This document shows positions 40,131 through 53,624 of a DNA stretch of 64,000 nt, piece after piece; the first letter of the stretch is position 1; each line of letters begins with the position of its first letter. Where the stretch lies: contig OX597818.1 in NCBI GenBank assembly GCA_951406725.2, positions 93,434,001 to 93,498,000 of the forward strand, read 5' to 3'. The notes beneath the pieces are model-generated. The model ran no database searches. It was given only the letters and a program-made list of their open reading frames with translations, and was not told the origin of the DNA. Both the position numbers and the translations under genes were made by a program. This DNA comes from Octopus vulgaris (Eukaryota).

Positions 40131-40234
40131 CTATATATATATATATATATACACACGCAAGCACGTACCCACACACACATGCACACAAACACATATACAC
40201 ACATACACACACACATACATACACACATATATAT

Positions 40235-40406
40235 AGGCGCAGGAGTGGCTGTGTGGTAAGTAGCTTGCTAACCAACCACATGGTTGCGGGTTCAGTCCCA
40301 CTGCGTGGCATCTTGGGCAAGTGTCTTCTGCTATAGCCCCAGGCCAACCAATGCCTTGTGAGTGGATTTGGTAGACGGAAACTGAAAGAAGCCTGTTGTA
40401 TATATG

Positions 40407-40449
<43 letters not shown>

Positions 40450-40657
40450 TTGTGTGTCTGTGTTTGTACCCCTAGCATTGCTTGACAACCGATGCTGGTG
40501 TGTTTACATCCCCGTCACTTAGCGGTTCGGCAAAAGAGACCAATAGAATAAGTACTGGGCTTACAAAGAATAAGTCCCGGGGTCGATTTGCTCGACTAAA
40601 GGCGGTGCTCCAGCATGGCCGCAGTCAAATGACTGAAACAAGTAAAAGAGTAAAAGA
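40235..40657 (+). mobile_element. tRNA-SINE family A, full length
   Basis: GGCGCAGGAGTGGCTGTGTGGTAAG...AAGTAAAAGAGTAAAAGAG. Confidence 0.92.
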
Positions 40658-40999
40658 GATACATCACCATCATCATCATCATCATTTGATGTCTATCTTC
40701 CAAGCTGGAATGCGTTGGGAGGTTTTGACCAGAGATTGCAAGCCAGAGGACTGCACGGAGCTCTGCTGTCTGTTTTGGCATGGTCATTATGACTGGATGT
40801 CCTCTCTAATACCAACCATGTTACAGAGTGGACTGGATGCTTTTCACATGGCACCAGCACCAGCACCAGCAAGGTCTGTTTTGGTATTGTTTTTATGGCT
40901 GGATGCCCTTCTTAATGCCAACTACTTCACCTATACATATACATATGTATATAGGTTTGATGATGCAAACAGGAACAATGGAACTCAAAACATGAATAT

Positions 41000-41373
41000 A
41001 TATTCTTTTATTTGTTTCAGCCATTTGACTGTGGCCATGCTGGAGCACCACCTTTAGTCAAGCAAATCGACCCCAGAACTTAGTAAGCCTAGTACTTATT
41101 CTATCGGTCTCTCTTGCTGAACTGGTAAGTGACGGGGATGTAAACACACCAACAATCAGTTATCAAGGGATGTTGGGGGGACAAACACAGACGCACAAAC
41201 ATATACATACACACACACACACATATACGACGGGCTTCTTTCAGTTTCCGTCTACCAAATCCTCTCATAAGGCTTTGGTCGACCCAAGGCTATAGTAGGT
41301 GTCATGCAGTGGGACTGAACCCGGAACCATGTGGTTGGTAAGCAAGCTACTTACCATGCAGCCATTCCTGCAC

Positions 41374-41375
<2 letters not shown>
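41000..41375 (-). mobile_element. tRNA-SINE family A
   Basis: Reverse complement of the family A consensus with small deletions. Confidence 0.88.
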
Positions 41376-41420
<45 letters not shown>

Positions 41421-41423
<3 letters not shown>

Positions 41424-42123
41424 CAGAATTTAAGTTGGTTGAAATATGTTTGTCACATATTTCAACTGCTAAAGGCAAATACACTGCAGTTACCATGGAG
41501 AAAAATCTCTCTTATGGTAAAAAGACGTGGAAACACCCAGTTTGTTCAGTGTCACCATCTTTCAGGAACCTCAGACATTGATGTTTCATGTTTTTTGACT
41601 CTGAATGAACTTAACAAAGCTATAGCTTTATATATAATTTAGTCAACATGTTGACTGATTTGCACTAGTAGATTGCTCAATCAAATTAATTAATAGAGCA
41701 TAAGAGAGATTTTTTCTCCATGGTTACTGCAGTATATGTGCCTTTTGCAGTTGAAACATATTTCAACTAACCTAAATTCTGCTCATAACTATACACCGCA
41801 TCACGCTTATGCTCCATTGATTAATTAGATCAGATGAACTACTAGCGCAAAACAGTTAACATGTTGACTGAATTATATATAAAACTATACCTTTATTAAT
41901 TTTATACAGAGTTGCCTATTCTAGGTATATCTCATTGACAAGTGTCAAAAATCTCGAAACATCGATGTCTGAGATTCCTGAGAGATGGCAACACTGAATG
42001 AACTGAGTACTTTTACACCTTTTTACCATAAGAGAGATATTTTCTCTGCAGTAATCACAGTATATTTGCCTTTAGCAGATGAACATGTGACAAACATATT
42101 TCAACTAACTTAAATTCTGTTCA
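41421..42123 (+). mobile_element. Retrozyme-like element (~335-nt monomer, partial direct repeat, inverted copy) with HHR-like fold at 41922-41980
   Basis: 41421-41702 is the reverse complement of ~41808-42123 with a deletion. Direct repeat 41699-41785 / 42027-42123. HHR-like ATCTCA-TTGACAA-..-GAAAC ATCGAT GTC-TGAGAT. Confidence 0.7.
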
Positions 42124-42149
42124 CACCTAAACACTGTTTTGTGCCTATA

Positions 42150-42725
42150 TATAAATACACAATGGAGTACAATAAAACATTCAAACAGATAGGCAATAGA
42201 AGGCAGACAAGAGAAACAACAATTAGAAGGACAGGCAAAAAAAGAACAGGTCATTCTTGGCCTTCTTTCCTCAGTCAAGTCCCAGAAGTCACAACTGTTT
42301 CGGGCAGTTACACTTGAGATGGTTCGATCTGGTTGTCCCCCCAAAAGTCTAAGCTAAAAGCATTAGTCTCCTTTGTAAGAAAGCTAGCAAATGTGTACGG
42401 CAACAAGGATAAAAATGGAGAACATGGTACACAATTACGAATATAAACAACAAGAAAGTAATAACAGGTGTCTTTCGACTGAGAACAAATCAAATTGAGC
42501 TGGCGTGTATGAAGTGAAGGCCTAAAGGCAGGAACATAGGAGATGGACACAAGAGGTGTTGATGGTCGGCAGTCAGGCCAAGAAAGAAAGATCATGGCTG
42601 GCTGGACACCAGTCAGGTGGAAGGAGGAGAGATGGGTAGGGGACAGTGGGATTGAAGGATTATAAAAAAGTCAGAGACAAAGAGAAAGGTACAGGGGAGA
42701 TAAACAAGTGGGAAATAGTGGGAGC
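42150..42725 (-). mobile_element. Interspersed repeat, probable PLE 3' region (second copy 62695-63345, fragment ~33005-33100)
   Basis: The two copies share GTTACACTTGAGA, TCTAAGCTAA, AATAACA..GG..TCTTTCGACT and GGCCAAGAAAGAAAGATCATG, then a purine-rich tract. Adjacent to (TA)n. Confidence 0.5.
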
Positions 42726-43095
42726 TATATCATCATCATCATCATCATCATCGTTTAACGTCCATTCTCCATGCTAGCATGGGTTGGACGGTTCGACCGG
42801 GGATCTGGGAAGCCAGAAGGCTGCACCAGGCTCCAGTCTTATCTGGCAATGTTTCTACAGCTGGATGCCCTTCCTAACGCCAACCACTCCGTGAGTGTAG
42901 TGGGTGCTTTTTACGTGCCACCTGCACAGGTGCCAGGCGAGGCTGGCAACGGCCACGGTTGGATTGGTGTATTTTATGTGCCACCGGCACGGAAGCCAGT
43001 CGAGGCGGCGCTGGCATCGGCCACGAGTTGGATAGTGCTTTTTACGTACCACCAGACCAGGGATCCTGGCTGGTTCATATATATATAGCTCCCAC

Positions 43096-43152
<57 letters not shown>

Positions 43153-43448
43153 CATTATTATTATGATTATTATTTAGCAGAAGCAACAGAGTGACTCAAG
43201 GGCCAAGAGTTTTGTGCATTAGCACTTATCAAATTAGTTCATAGTAAATAAATAAATAAATTAATATAATATAATGTCTAAAAGTTGATGAACCACCTAT
43301 TGATTCCCTCCATTTTCTTATTGCTCTCTCTCTCTCTCTATCTATCTATCTATATATATATATACACACACACATACATACACAACATACACAGATACAT
43401 ATATACATACATCATACAGACATACATGCATATATACATGTGTGTGTA

Positions 43449-43479
<31 letters not shown>

Positions 43480-43904
43480 CAATGATATTTGACCATTGTC
43501 ATTTATCTGGTAGAGCAATAAAACTATCACTAAATTAGCTGTAAGATAATCTGATAGTTAACCAATTTTTCAAGATATCACATAACATTTAAACAAATGT
43601 TTGCTAGCTATTAGTTACAACTGGACTACTATGATATTTTAATGTTTATTGGCAAGACAACATTTTGAAGAAGCTAGTATTATTTATTAAGAGGGTGGAT
43701 CTAGTAGAGATGTTTAAGAATTAGTGAGAGTTGTATAGACACAGCACAGTAGCACAGTTATGTATACATAGCAATGTTTTAATGGTAAGATTGGAAAGGT
43801 CTTTTAACAATGGAGAAGCTGGTATTATGTATTAAGAGACCGGATATAATAACAAGGTAAAGATGTTTTAGAATTGGTAACAGATATATAATAAAATAAA
43901 TAAA

Positions 43905-44160
43905 AATAAATGCGCCCTTTTAAAGCCTAGCCAGGCTCATGGGACTGGTTTCCCGGTTTCTATGGTGTATGTGTTCCCCAGCTGGACGGGACACCAGTCC
44001 ATCACAGCGTTACTCATTTTTGCCAGCTGAGTGGACTGGAGCAACGTTAAATGAAGTGTTTTGCTCAAGAACACAATGTGTTACCCGGTCCAGGGATCGA
44101 AACCACAATCTTACAATCATGATGCTGATACCCTAACCACTAAGCCACGTGCCTCCACAA
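43905..44160 (-). mobile_element. tRNA-SINE family D
   Basis: Minus head TGTGGAGGCACGTGGCTTAGTGGTTAGGG..GGTTTCGATCCC (A/B boxes). Degenerate copies at ~51870-52100 and ~57985-58200. Confidence 0.8.
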
Positions 44161-44250
44161 GAGATATATAGACACAGCAAAGGAGTGATTTATAAAAGAA
44201 AATACTGCAGTGAAATTTTTAGTTTTTGTGAGAGTGGTATAATTGTAGAT

Positions 44251-44856
44251 TAAGGTGGCGAGCTGGCAGAAACGTTAGCATGCCAGGCGAAATGCTTAAT
44301 GGTATTTCGTCTGCCCTTACGTTCTGAGTTCAAATTCCACCAAGGTCGACTTTGCCTTTCATCCTTTTGGGGTCGATAAATTAAGTACCAGTTACACACG
44401 CACTGGGGTCGATATAATCAACTTAATCCGTCTGTCTGTCCTTGTTTGTCTTCTCTGTGTTTAGCCCCTTGTGGGTAGTAAAGAAATAGGTATTTCGTCT
44501 GTCATTACGTTCTGAGTTCAAATTCCGCTGAGGTCGACTTTGCCTTTCATCCTTTCGGGGTTGATAAATTAAGTACCAGTTACGCACTGGGGTCGATATA
44601 ATCGACTTAATCCGTCTGTCTGTCCTTGTTTGTTCTCTCTGTGTTTAGCCCCTTGTGGGTAGTAAAGAAATGGGTTTTTCGCTCGTCGCTACATTCTGAG
44701 TTCAAATTCCGCTGAGGTCGACTGTGCCTTTCATCCTTTTGGGGTTGATTAAATAAGTACCAGTTATGCACTGGGGTCGATCTAATTGACTTAATCCGTT
44801 TGTCTGTTATTGTTTGTCCTCTCTGTGTTTAGCCCCTCGTGGGTAGTAAAGAAATA
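44251..44856 (+). mobile_element. SINE family B trimer (one head, three ~185-bp bodies) within one 15-bp TSD
   Basis: TSD GGTATAATTGTAGAT at 44236-44250 and 44857-44871. Body units start at 44301, 44489 and ~44673. Confidence 0.9.
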
Positions 44857-45128
44857 GGTATAATTGTAGATATCAACAACCTGAGTATTATGTGTAGGTA
44901 ACTGTTTGAGCTATGGAACAAAGATAACTAATCATTTTTTTAAGAAGCAGCTCACAAGATTTCCTTTTGATATCCACATTTCAGTCTATTTGAGATTAGA
45001 TTGTAAGCTCTACCCTGAAGTGGTGTGGTACACAAAGTGTAAACTTTGTCTAAATTTCTTAAATTTTTTTTTAGTGGTTGTTGTCTAGATCTTGTGAACA
45101 AGATAGGGACAATTATATCTTAAAACCC

Positions 45129-45924
45129 TCTTTTACTTGTTTCAGTCATTTGACTGTGGCCATGCTGGAGCACCACCTTTAGTCGAGTAAATCGACCCCA
45201 GGACTTATTCTTTGTAAGCCTAGTACTTATTCTATCGGTCTCTTTTGCTGAACCACTAAGTTACAGGATGTAAACACACCAGCATCGGTTGTCAAGCAAT
45301 GTTGGGGGGACAAACACAGACACAACATATACACACACATACATATATATATATCATCATCATCATCATCGTTTAACGTCCGTTTTCCGCGCTAGCACGG
45401 GTTGGACGGTTTGACCGGGGTCTGGGAAGCCAGGGGCTGCTCCAAGCTCCAGTCTGATCTGGCAGAGTTTCTACGGCTGGATGCCCTTCCTAACGCCAAC
45501 CACTCCGCGAGTGTAGTGGGTGCTTTTTACGTGCCACCTGCACAGGTGCCAGGGTGGGTCTGGCATCGATCACGATTGGTTCGAGCTTTTAATGTGCCAG
45601 CGGCACGGAAGCCAGCCAAGGCGGCGCTGGCATCGGTCACGTTCGGATGGTGCTTTTTGGGGGTGCAGGTAATATAGGGAAGCACCAGTGGGGAGGGTTG
45701 GGGTGAGGAACGATGACAGCTAGGGTTGATGCAGGTTCGTAGGAAATAAAACGTAGGACTTCACGAGTGGGGGAGGGGACTGAAAGGAGATAGCCGGTTG
45801 AGGCAGTGACAGATTCAAAAACAGGAGGAAACGTAGGATAGGTGGGGGGGTTGATAAGCTGCGGCGCTAGCTGCTTGTCTTGGTGGGGGGGTAATACACA
45901 GTGAAAGCATGTGAGGAGGAGGGG

Positions 45925-45960
<36 letters not shown>

Positions 45961-46122
45961 GATGGGCTTCTTTCAGTTTCTGTCTACCAAATCCACTCAC
46001 AAGGCTTTGGTCAAGCCGAGGCTGTAGTAGAAGACACTTGCCCAAGGTGCCACACAGTGGGACTGAACCCGGAACCATGTGGTTTGTAAGCAAGCTACTT
46101 ACCACACAGCCACTCCTATGCC
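45129..46122 (-). mobile_element. tRNA-SINE family A split by nested insertions (45353-45928)
   Basis: 3' half at 45129-45350 and 5' half at 45955-46122. Confidence 0.85.
45660..45928 (-). mobile_element. Possible degenerate PLE RT C-terminal fragment
   Basis: Frameshifted minus reading suggests ..LN/GY..(spacer)..PLVLPYI, typical of the PLE RT-to-endonuclease linker. Weak. Confidence 0.3.
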
Positions 46123-46948
46123 TATATATGCCAGAGTAAGGATAATAGGGTCAGTATATGTATTATAACAACTTTATAAACAATAAAGAAAAGAAAGTAT
46201 ATGAGATGTAAGCAAAGTTTGTGTATAGAGACATATCAGAAAAACTCATCCACATGTTTCATATATACATATATGTATGCACTAGCTGAATTGCCCATCA
46301 TTGCTGGACAATTTCTACAATAGAGTGTCTTATATAAAGTTTTGTTTCTTCCATGTCAGATCATACCATCCCCTTCTCTTGATCTGGACAGATTTGTGCA
46401 ATTTTTCGCAAAAAAACTTCGTTGAGGATTTTTTTTTCCTTCTTAAACTATTACATGTCTGTTCGACCATTTCCCATGATTTTATTCATTAAAGCTTATT
46501 AAAACTTCTGGAGTTCTTATGACTTTGGTCATCATAATGCTTTGCTTTTGTTTGTTTAATGAAAATTCCTCCTCATAATGATTTTGCTTCCATTTTGTGA
46601 TAGACTGCTATCATACAGAAAATGACAGCTTCCAAATCCTGTTTTCTGATTAGGTAAGATTAATTAAACTTTAAACCCCAGTAACACTTTTCTGCAATTT
46701 TTCTTGAACAAATAAATAACAAAATCGGATATAACATAGAAAATTATTTCAATATACCAAATTTGAAAATTTTGATGTAATCTTAAAATTTCACAATATG
46801 TGGCAGCAACAGGGAAGACCCTACAAAAGTAGAGAGACAGACAGTTATAGGGCATCACACACGCACACACAGAAACAAACACACATTTACAAACATGCAC
46901 ATAGGATCCAGTGGGTCCAAGGACTACATTGTGCTCTAATGTCAACTT

Positions 46949-47370
46949 AGGCGCAGGAGTGGTTGTGTGGTAAGTAGCTTGCTAACCAACCACATGGTTC
47001 CGGGTTCAGTCCCACTGCGTGGCATCTTGGGCAAGTGTCTTCTGCTATAGCCCCGGGCCCACCAATGCCTTGTGAGTGGATTTGGTAGACGGAAACTGAA
47101 AGAAGCCTGTCGTATATATGTATATATATATATATATGTATGCGTGTGTGTGTTTGTGTGTCTGTGTTTGTCCCCCTAGCATTGCTTGACAACCGATGCT
47201 GGTGTGTTTACGTCCCCGTCACTTAGCGGTTTGGCAAAAGAGACCGATAGAATAAGTACTGGGCTTCCAAAGAATAAGTCCTGGGGTTGATTTGCTCAAC
47301 TAAAGGCGTGCTCCAACATGGCCGCAGTCAAATGACTGAAATAAGTAAAAGAGTAAAAGAGAAAAAAGAG
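46949..47370 (+). mobile_element. tRNA-SINE family A, full length
   Basis: Near-identical to the 40235 copy. Confidence 0.92.
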
Positions 47371-47599
47371 TTTGGTATGGTTTCTATGGCTGGATGCCCT
47401 TCCTAACACCAACTGCTTAACAATGTGAATTAGGTACTTTTTTTGTGCCACCAGCACCATTAAGGTACCCATGTAGTCCACAGGACTACAAACACCAGAG
47501 GAGATGGGAGTCAGCTTTATGCTAGGGTTCAAGAGGTTAAACTATGAGAAGTGTGTGATCAGGGTAATGGATAATGATGAGTTGAGCTGAAAGCTGCCA

Positions 47600-49510
47600 A
47601 ATACTATGACAGCTTCCCAACAATGTATGAGTGTTGTGTGTATATGATAGTGCAACATCTGTACCTCATTGGATTTAAGTGACGAAAGCTTGTACAACAC
47701 TCTTGCCACTCTCACAGTTGCCATAGTAGGTTTCAGTGACAAGCATTGCCAGATGACAGATACTATTTTGACTGCAAGTTTTATGTCAGAATATTTTTCC
47801 TGTAGAAGAGATATCTTCCCCACAGCCTTGTCAAAATTATTGAGTGCTCTGCTACCTTTAGGAAATTTATTGGTTTCAATGTCTTCGATCACTTGTAGGA
47901 TGTATCAAGGCCAACTTGGAGCTGAATAACATGTATCATGTAAAACCATTTCCTAGATGGCACCTTGGTACCTTTTGTTTCTAACTAGGGCTTAGATATT
48001 TGCTATGAGGAATTTAGAGCCCTTAGCTATTCTTCCTGGTTCAGAGTTTTTTCTCAATTTTTTTTTCCGCAGATAAGAATAAAGTTGTCAACATATAAAG
48101 GTCTCCAACAATATTCATTCATCAATTTTTATGTTATTACTTTAAGAATTATGATGAATAGAAAAGGATTTCTGATATTATTTTATTTTACTTATTTCAA
48201 TCATTAGATTTCAGCCATGCTGGGCACTGCCTTGAACAAATTGGCCCCAATACTTATTTTTGTAAGTCTGGTACATATTCTATCAATCTTTTCTTGCCAT
48301 ACCACTAACCTACAGGAACATAAACAAATCCACACCAGTTATCAAGCAAGAGAGGTGGGGACAAACACTAAGACAAACACACACACACACACACAAGTAC
48401 AACAGGCTTTTTTTCAGTTTCCATCTACCAAATCCATTCACAAGGTTTTGGTCACAGCCCAAGGCTATAAGTAGAAAACACCTGCCCAATGTGCCGCACA
48501 GTGGGATTGAGCCTGAAACCATGTAGTTGGGAAGCAAGCTGCTTACCATACAGCCATACTAGCAGCTATTGTAGACAGGTACCTACATAACACCTCACTG
48601 CAGTCAGAGTAAATACCCACTCTGAGCCTGACAGTGTGGGTAGTTTTATGTTAGAATATTTTTCCTGTAGAAGAGCTACCTTCCCCACGGCTTTGTCAAA
48701 AGTATTGGGTACTTCTGCTACCTTTAGGAAATTTATTTAGCCATAGATTGGACCCTGATAGGTCCATTATGGATCAGAACCAACTTGTTAGTAATGGTAA
48801 CTAAAGAATGACTCTACACTCCCCCACGAGTCCAGGACTCATGAACTGAGCTTGACCTAATATTTTCAGCACCTCCTATGCTACACCACTATGATAAACA
48901 ATTACTACAGATGTTATTGTAAATTACAAAAGCTGTTATTGTATGGTCTCTGGTCATCCTAGATTAAGCTGACCTATTTATTGACAATAGCGTTCAATGA
49001 TGACAATCCCATCTTATAATCAAACTTAGGCTTTGAACTACATTCACCCATGTGCACTTCCTTGACAGTCGGATATGATTAAGGAGAGATTTGGCTGTGA
49101 TTTCTAGCAGGCCATGGGATCACTTAGAAACCTCTTTCTTTGGTTTGTCCTATGACAGCTTCCCAACAATCTATGTGTATATGATAGTACAACATCTGTA
49201 CCTCATTGGATTTAAGTGACAAAAGCTTGTACAACACTTTTGCCACTCTCTCAGTTGCCATAGTAGGTTTCAGTGACGAGCACTGCAAGATGACAGATAC
49301 TATTTTGGCTGCAAGTTTTATATCAGAATATTTTTCCTGTAGAAGAACTACCTCCCCCACAGCCTTGTCAAAAATATTGGGTGCCTCTGCTACCTTTAGG
49401 AAATTTATTTAGCCATAGATTCGACCCTGACAGGTCCATTATGGATCAGAACTGACTTGTGAGTAATGACAACTACACTCACCCACAAATCCAGGACTCA
49501 TGAACTGAAG
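47600..49510. repeat. Local dispersed triplication (47600-47870, 48645-48850, 49150-49510)
   Basis: Shared AGAATATTTTTCCTGTAGAAG..CTACCTTTAGGAAATTTATT. A degenerate SINE A (-) at 48180-48560 lies between copies. Confidence 0.75.
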
Positions 49511-49595
49511 CCTCACCAACAGATGCAATTTAATGTCATACACACACAGACACGCACACACAGACACACAGACACACACACGCACGCACGCACAT

Positions 49596-49684
<89 letters not shown>

Positions 49685-50088
49685 CACAGACCATGCTCAC
49701 TATGACAATATTCATCATACAAATTTTCATCTGTCTTTACATTCTGAGTTCAAATTCTGCCGAGGTCTACTTTAGTCTTTCATATTTTCGAGGTGATAAA
49801 TTAAGTACCAGTTGCAAACTGGGATCAATCTAACCGACAGCCCCCTCCCCCAAAATTTCAAGCCTTGTGCTTCAAGTAGAAAGAATATTCCTCATGCGCA
49901 GATTGTTCAGCAAACAATCACACTGGCAATAATACCATCAGACTTTCTTCTTAAATCCTGTGGTAGCAGGAAAGAGGTGACAGAACAAGTAGAGAATGCT
50001 ACAGGAAGTGTTCAGCTTTGACTCTGCACACAGGAAATTTTTTTTCCTCACGAGAGTTCCAAACACCAGTTATGAATCATTTGCATAC

Positions 50089-50252
50089 AGGCGTAGGAGT
50101 GGCTGTGTGGTAAGTAGCTTGCTTACGAACGACATGGTTCCGGGTTCAGTCCCACTGCGTGGCACCTGGGGCAAGTGTCTTCTACTATAGCCTCGGGCAG
50201 ACCAAAGCCTTGTGAGTGAATTTGGTAGACGGAAACTGAAAGAAGCCTGTTG

Positions 50253-50318
<66 letters not shown>

Positions 50319-50530
50319 CGTCTGTGTGTCTCTGTTTGTCCCCCCAACGTGGCTTGACAACCAATGCTGGTGTGTTTACGTCCCCATAACTTAGCGGTTT
50401 GGCAAAAGAAACCAATAGAATAAGTACTAGGCTTACAAAGAACAAGTCCTAGGGTCGATTTGCTCGACTGAAGGCAGTGCTCCAGGATGGCCACAGTTAA
50501 ATGACTGAAACAAGTAAAAGAGTAAAAGAG
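50089..50530 (+). mobile_element. tRNA-SINE family A, full length
   Basis: Family A consensus match. Confidence 0.92.
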
Positions 50531-52365
50531 CCACTCAGAGCTCAACTATCAAATTAATTTATGAGCACATAACAAGTGATGGGCAATAAGATAAATTCAC
50601 TTGGATAAGGAATGACCATGCTTCTTTCCTCTTTTAATAATGTTTGTTGTTTTTGTTCTTGTGTCAACCATGGCTGCCTCTGCATAATTATTTGTGTTGT
50701 TGTTTACTTTGTAAAACAGTAAGGGAGAGGGTTGCTCACACATCACCCTCTGCCCACACTTTTTCCATCCACATCTTTACAATATGAGGCCCTAACAAAA
50801 TCCGATTAGAGGTATAGATACAAATCTAATTACTTGTCTCCTTCTAAAATCAGGCATAACTGGGCGATTGGTCGACTTACAACATTATTCTTCGTCTTGA
50901 GTTTACTTGGTAGAGTGTGTTTTACCAATAGATTGGTTGTTTTTAACACATTTATGAATGTTATGTTGGGCTTTGTATCTAGTTATAATCTGAGAGCTGA
51001 ACGGATTTGATCCCTTGTTATCCACATGGCTGCCTCTTCGTAGTTGTTTGTGTACACCAGGGTCAAGGTGAGCTCTGATTGGCTGTATGCAAATAAGTTC
51101 ATTACTGGGGTCCGGAACTCTCATGGGAAAAAAATTTCACTCTGCACACAGGCAATCATAGAGGGTTTATTTTTTGTTGAACCTTCAGTCATCAAAGCAA
51201 TGTGAGAGTCTAAACATATATATGTCATAGAAAGAGAGAGGGAGAAGAGGGGAAGAAAGAAGGGAGAGAGAGAGGGGGAAGAGGGGAAGAGACAGTTGAA
51301 TATCTTTGATCATAGGTATAATCCATCCAAAACAACTTGAGGCTGAACAATGACAACTTGTATTATGTAAGACAAAATAAGACTTAATGTGTGTGTGTGT
51401 GTGTCTATACATATATACACACATGCATGCATACATACATCATATATCCATAGACATATCTATGTGTGTGTGTGTGCTTGGTAATAGTGGGAGGGAAAGG
51501 TAGTGATGTTATTGATGGTGTTGGTGGTGGTGGTGGTAGTTGTCTTCGTTGGTGATGGTAATGATGGATGGTGAGGGCTAACAATGAGTCAATTATCAAT
51601 ATCAGTATGTATGAGTGAAACAGTTCCAATAACCATCTTGTTTACTGAAATAAGAAATAGTAATTGATTAGTTTAATATTGGTTCTACTAACATTGATAA
51701 TCTGCATTTTGCTAAATTGTTTGTCCATACAGTTGCAAATTCATTTCATGTAACAGATTGGCAGTAATTAGCTACAGCTGATATCATGGTCTAATTAGCA
51801 TGTTTTATACATTTTGTCAAAACTGCCCATTGCATTTTTCCCTACATGCATCAAAAACAGAATCAAAGGTCCTTCCCGAGCTGTAAGCTCATAAGGTTGG
51901 TTTCCTGGATTCTGTGGTGAATATATTCAACCCTGGACAGGATGCTGGTCTGTCATAGGATTATTTGCTTTTGCCAACAGAGTGAACTGGAGTAACATGA
52001 AATGAAGTAATTTGCTTAAGAACACAACCCATCACCAGGTCCAGGAATGGGAACCACACTTTTACGACCATGAGTTCAACACCCTAACCTCTGAGCCACA
52101 TACATCCAAACAGACACAGACACACATATGCATGCATGTATGCATGAATGCATACATATATATGTATTATATATTCATACATACATACTTGTATGCATAT
52201 ATATATATCACCTTGATCACCTTGACCGACCAGTCCTTCGGGCATCCATTTGACACCGCTGGTCAAAGCATGCTGTCCACTCCTCTCTGGATCGCACCTT
52301 TCTCATCCACATGATCCCAATCGTCCTCCTGAAATCGTAACTCATATATATATATATATACATAT

Positions 52366-52562
52366 ATAGGGAGAATTCACAAAAAAAAAACAAAAGATGA
52401 AGACAGCTGGTGTAGATGACAAACAGATGTATTAGTTTAATGCTTGGGAAGTGAAAACGTCTTTAACATTTTGAGCCTACGCTCTTCCACAGTAAGGAAT
52501 ACAGAAAGAAAAAAGGAGAGAAAATAAAGAATGTGTAGTGGCTAGTGATCTATCAGGGCAAA
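52366..52562 (-). mobile_element. Degenerate copy of the 28146 HHR family
   Basis: Minus strand CTGTGGAAGAGCGTAGGCTCAAAATGTTAAAGA at 52460-52497. Confidence 0.6.
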
Positions 52563-53225
52563 TATATATATAATAAACCATAGCCTGTCTGTGTTATTGT
52601 TTATATATATATATATATAATAACACAAATAGGTTGTGGCTCATTACAGCTGTTTCTGATGTGTTCTTTATTGATGAACAAAAGTGTTATATCACGAGAA
52701 AAAACCGCTTCCTTCAAGTGAAAAAAAGAGAGAATTTAACACTTAGAACTGCTCACAAAATAGAATAGTGTAAGATGACTCAATCAACATGGTTGCAGCT
52801 GGAAGAGTGAATAGTGGAAAATATTCCTAAGCTTATATTAATAAAGTCGTTATAGGGACCAGAATAAGGGAAGGAAGCAGAGGGAGAAGTAGAAGGAGAG
52901 AAATGGAGAAAGAAAAGAAGGGAGAAGAATGAGGGGAAGGTACAATGTTGTTTGCCCTGACTAAAATAAGGTGATAAGATGAAAGTGGTGGTTGTAAATA
53001 AAATTAATGTTGTTTGCAATGCTAACAACACAGGTGCATTTGAAGCAGACAACAAATATAATAAAATGAAAAAGCAAGTGGGAAATAAGCACATGCACAT
53101 ATACACATGTATATGCATTTATGCACACACATACATACAAATAAATAGATAAATATACCTACACACTTACTTACACATACATGTATATATGCACATACAT
53201 ATTAAGTAAGAAAACAAACAAATCA

Positions 53226-53620
53226 CAGGAGTGGCTGTGTGGTAAGTAGCTTGCTTAACAACCACATGGTTCCAGGTTCAGTCCCACTGCATGGCATCTC
53301 GGGGAAGTGTCTTCTACTATAGCCTTGGGCCGACCAAAGCCTTGTGAGTGGATTTGGTAGATGGAAACTGAAAAGAAGCCCATCGTATATATGTATACAT
53401 ATATATGTATGTGTGTTTGTGTGTCTGTATTTGTCCCCCCAACATCACTTGACAACCGATGCTGGTGTGTTTACATCCCTGTAACTTAGCAGTTTGGCAA
53501 AAGAGACTAATAGAATAAGTACTGGGCTTACAAAGAATAAGTCCTGGGGTCGATTTGCTCAACTAAAGGCAGTGCTCCAGCATGCCCACAGTCAAATGAC
53601 TGAAACAAGTAAAAGAGTAA
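53226..53620 (+). mobile_element. tRNA-SINE family A
   Basis: Family A consensus match. Confidence 0.9.
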
Positions 53621-53624
53621 GTCC

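Noticed and set aside
42240-42310. CTGAGGA..GAAT and GAAAC motifs (also ~33030 and ~62790) as HHRs
   Set aside because: Order and pairing do not give a consistent three-stem fold, and GAAA is replaced by GAAT.
52638-52725. Minus-strand GAAAC AGCT GTA (palindromic stem III)
   Set aside because: No convincing CUGANGA or stem I upstream.
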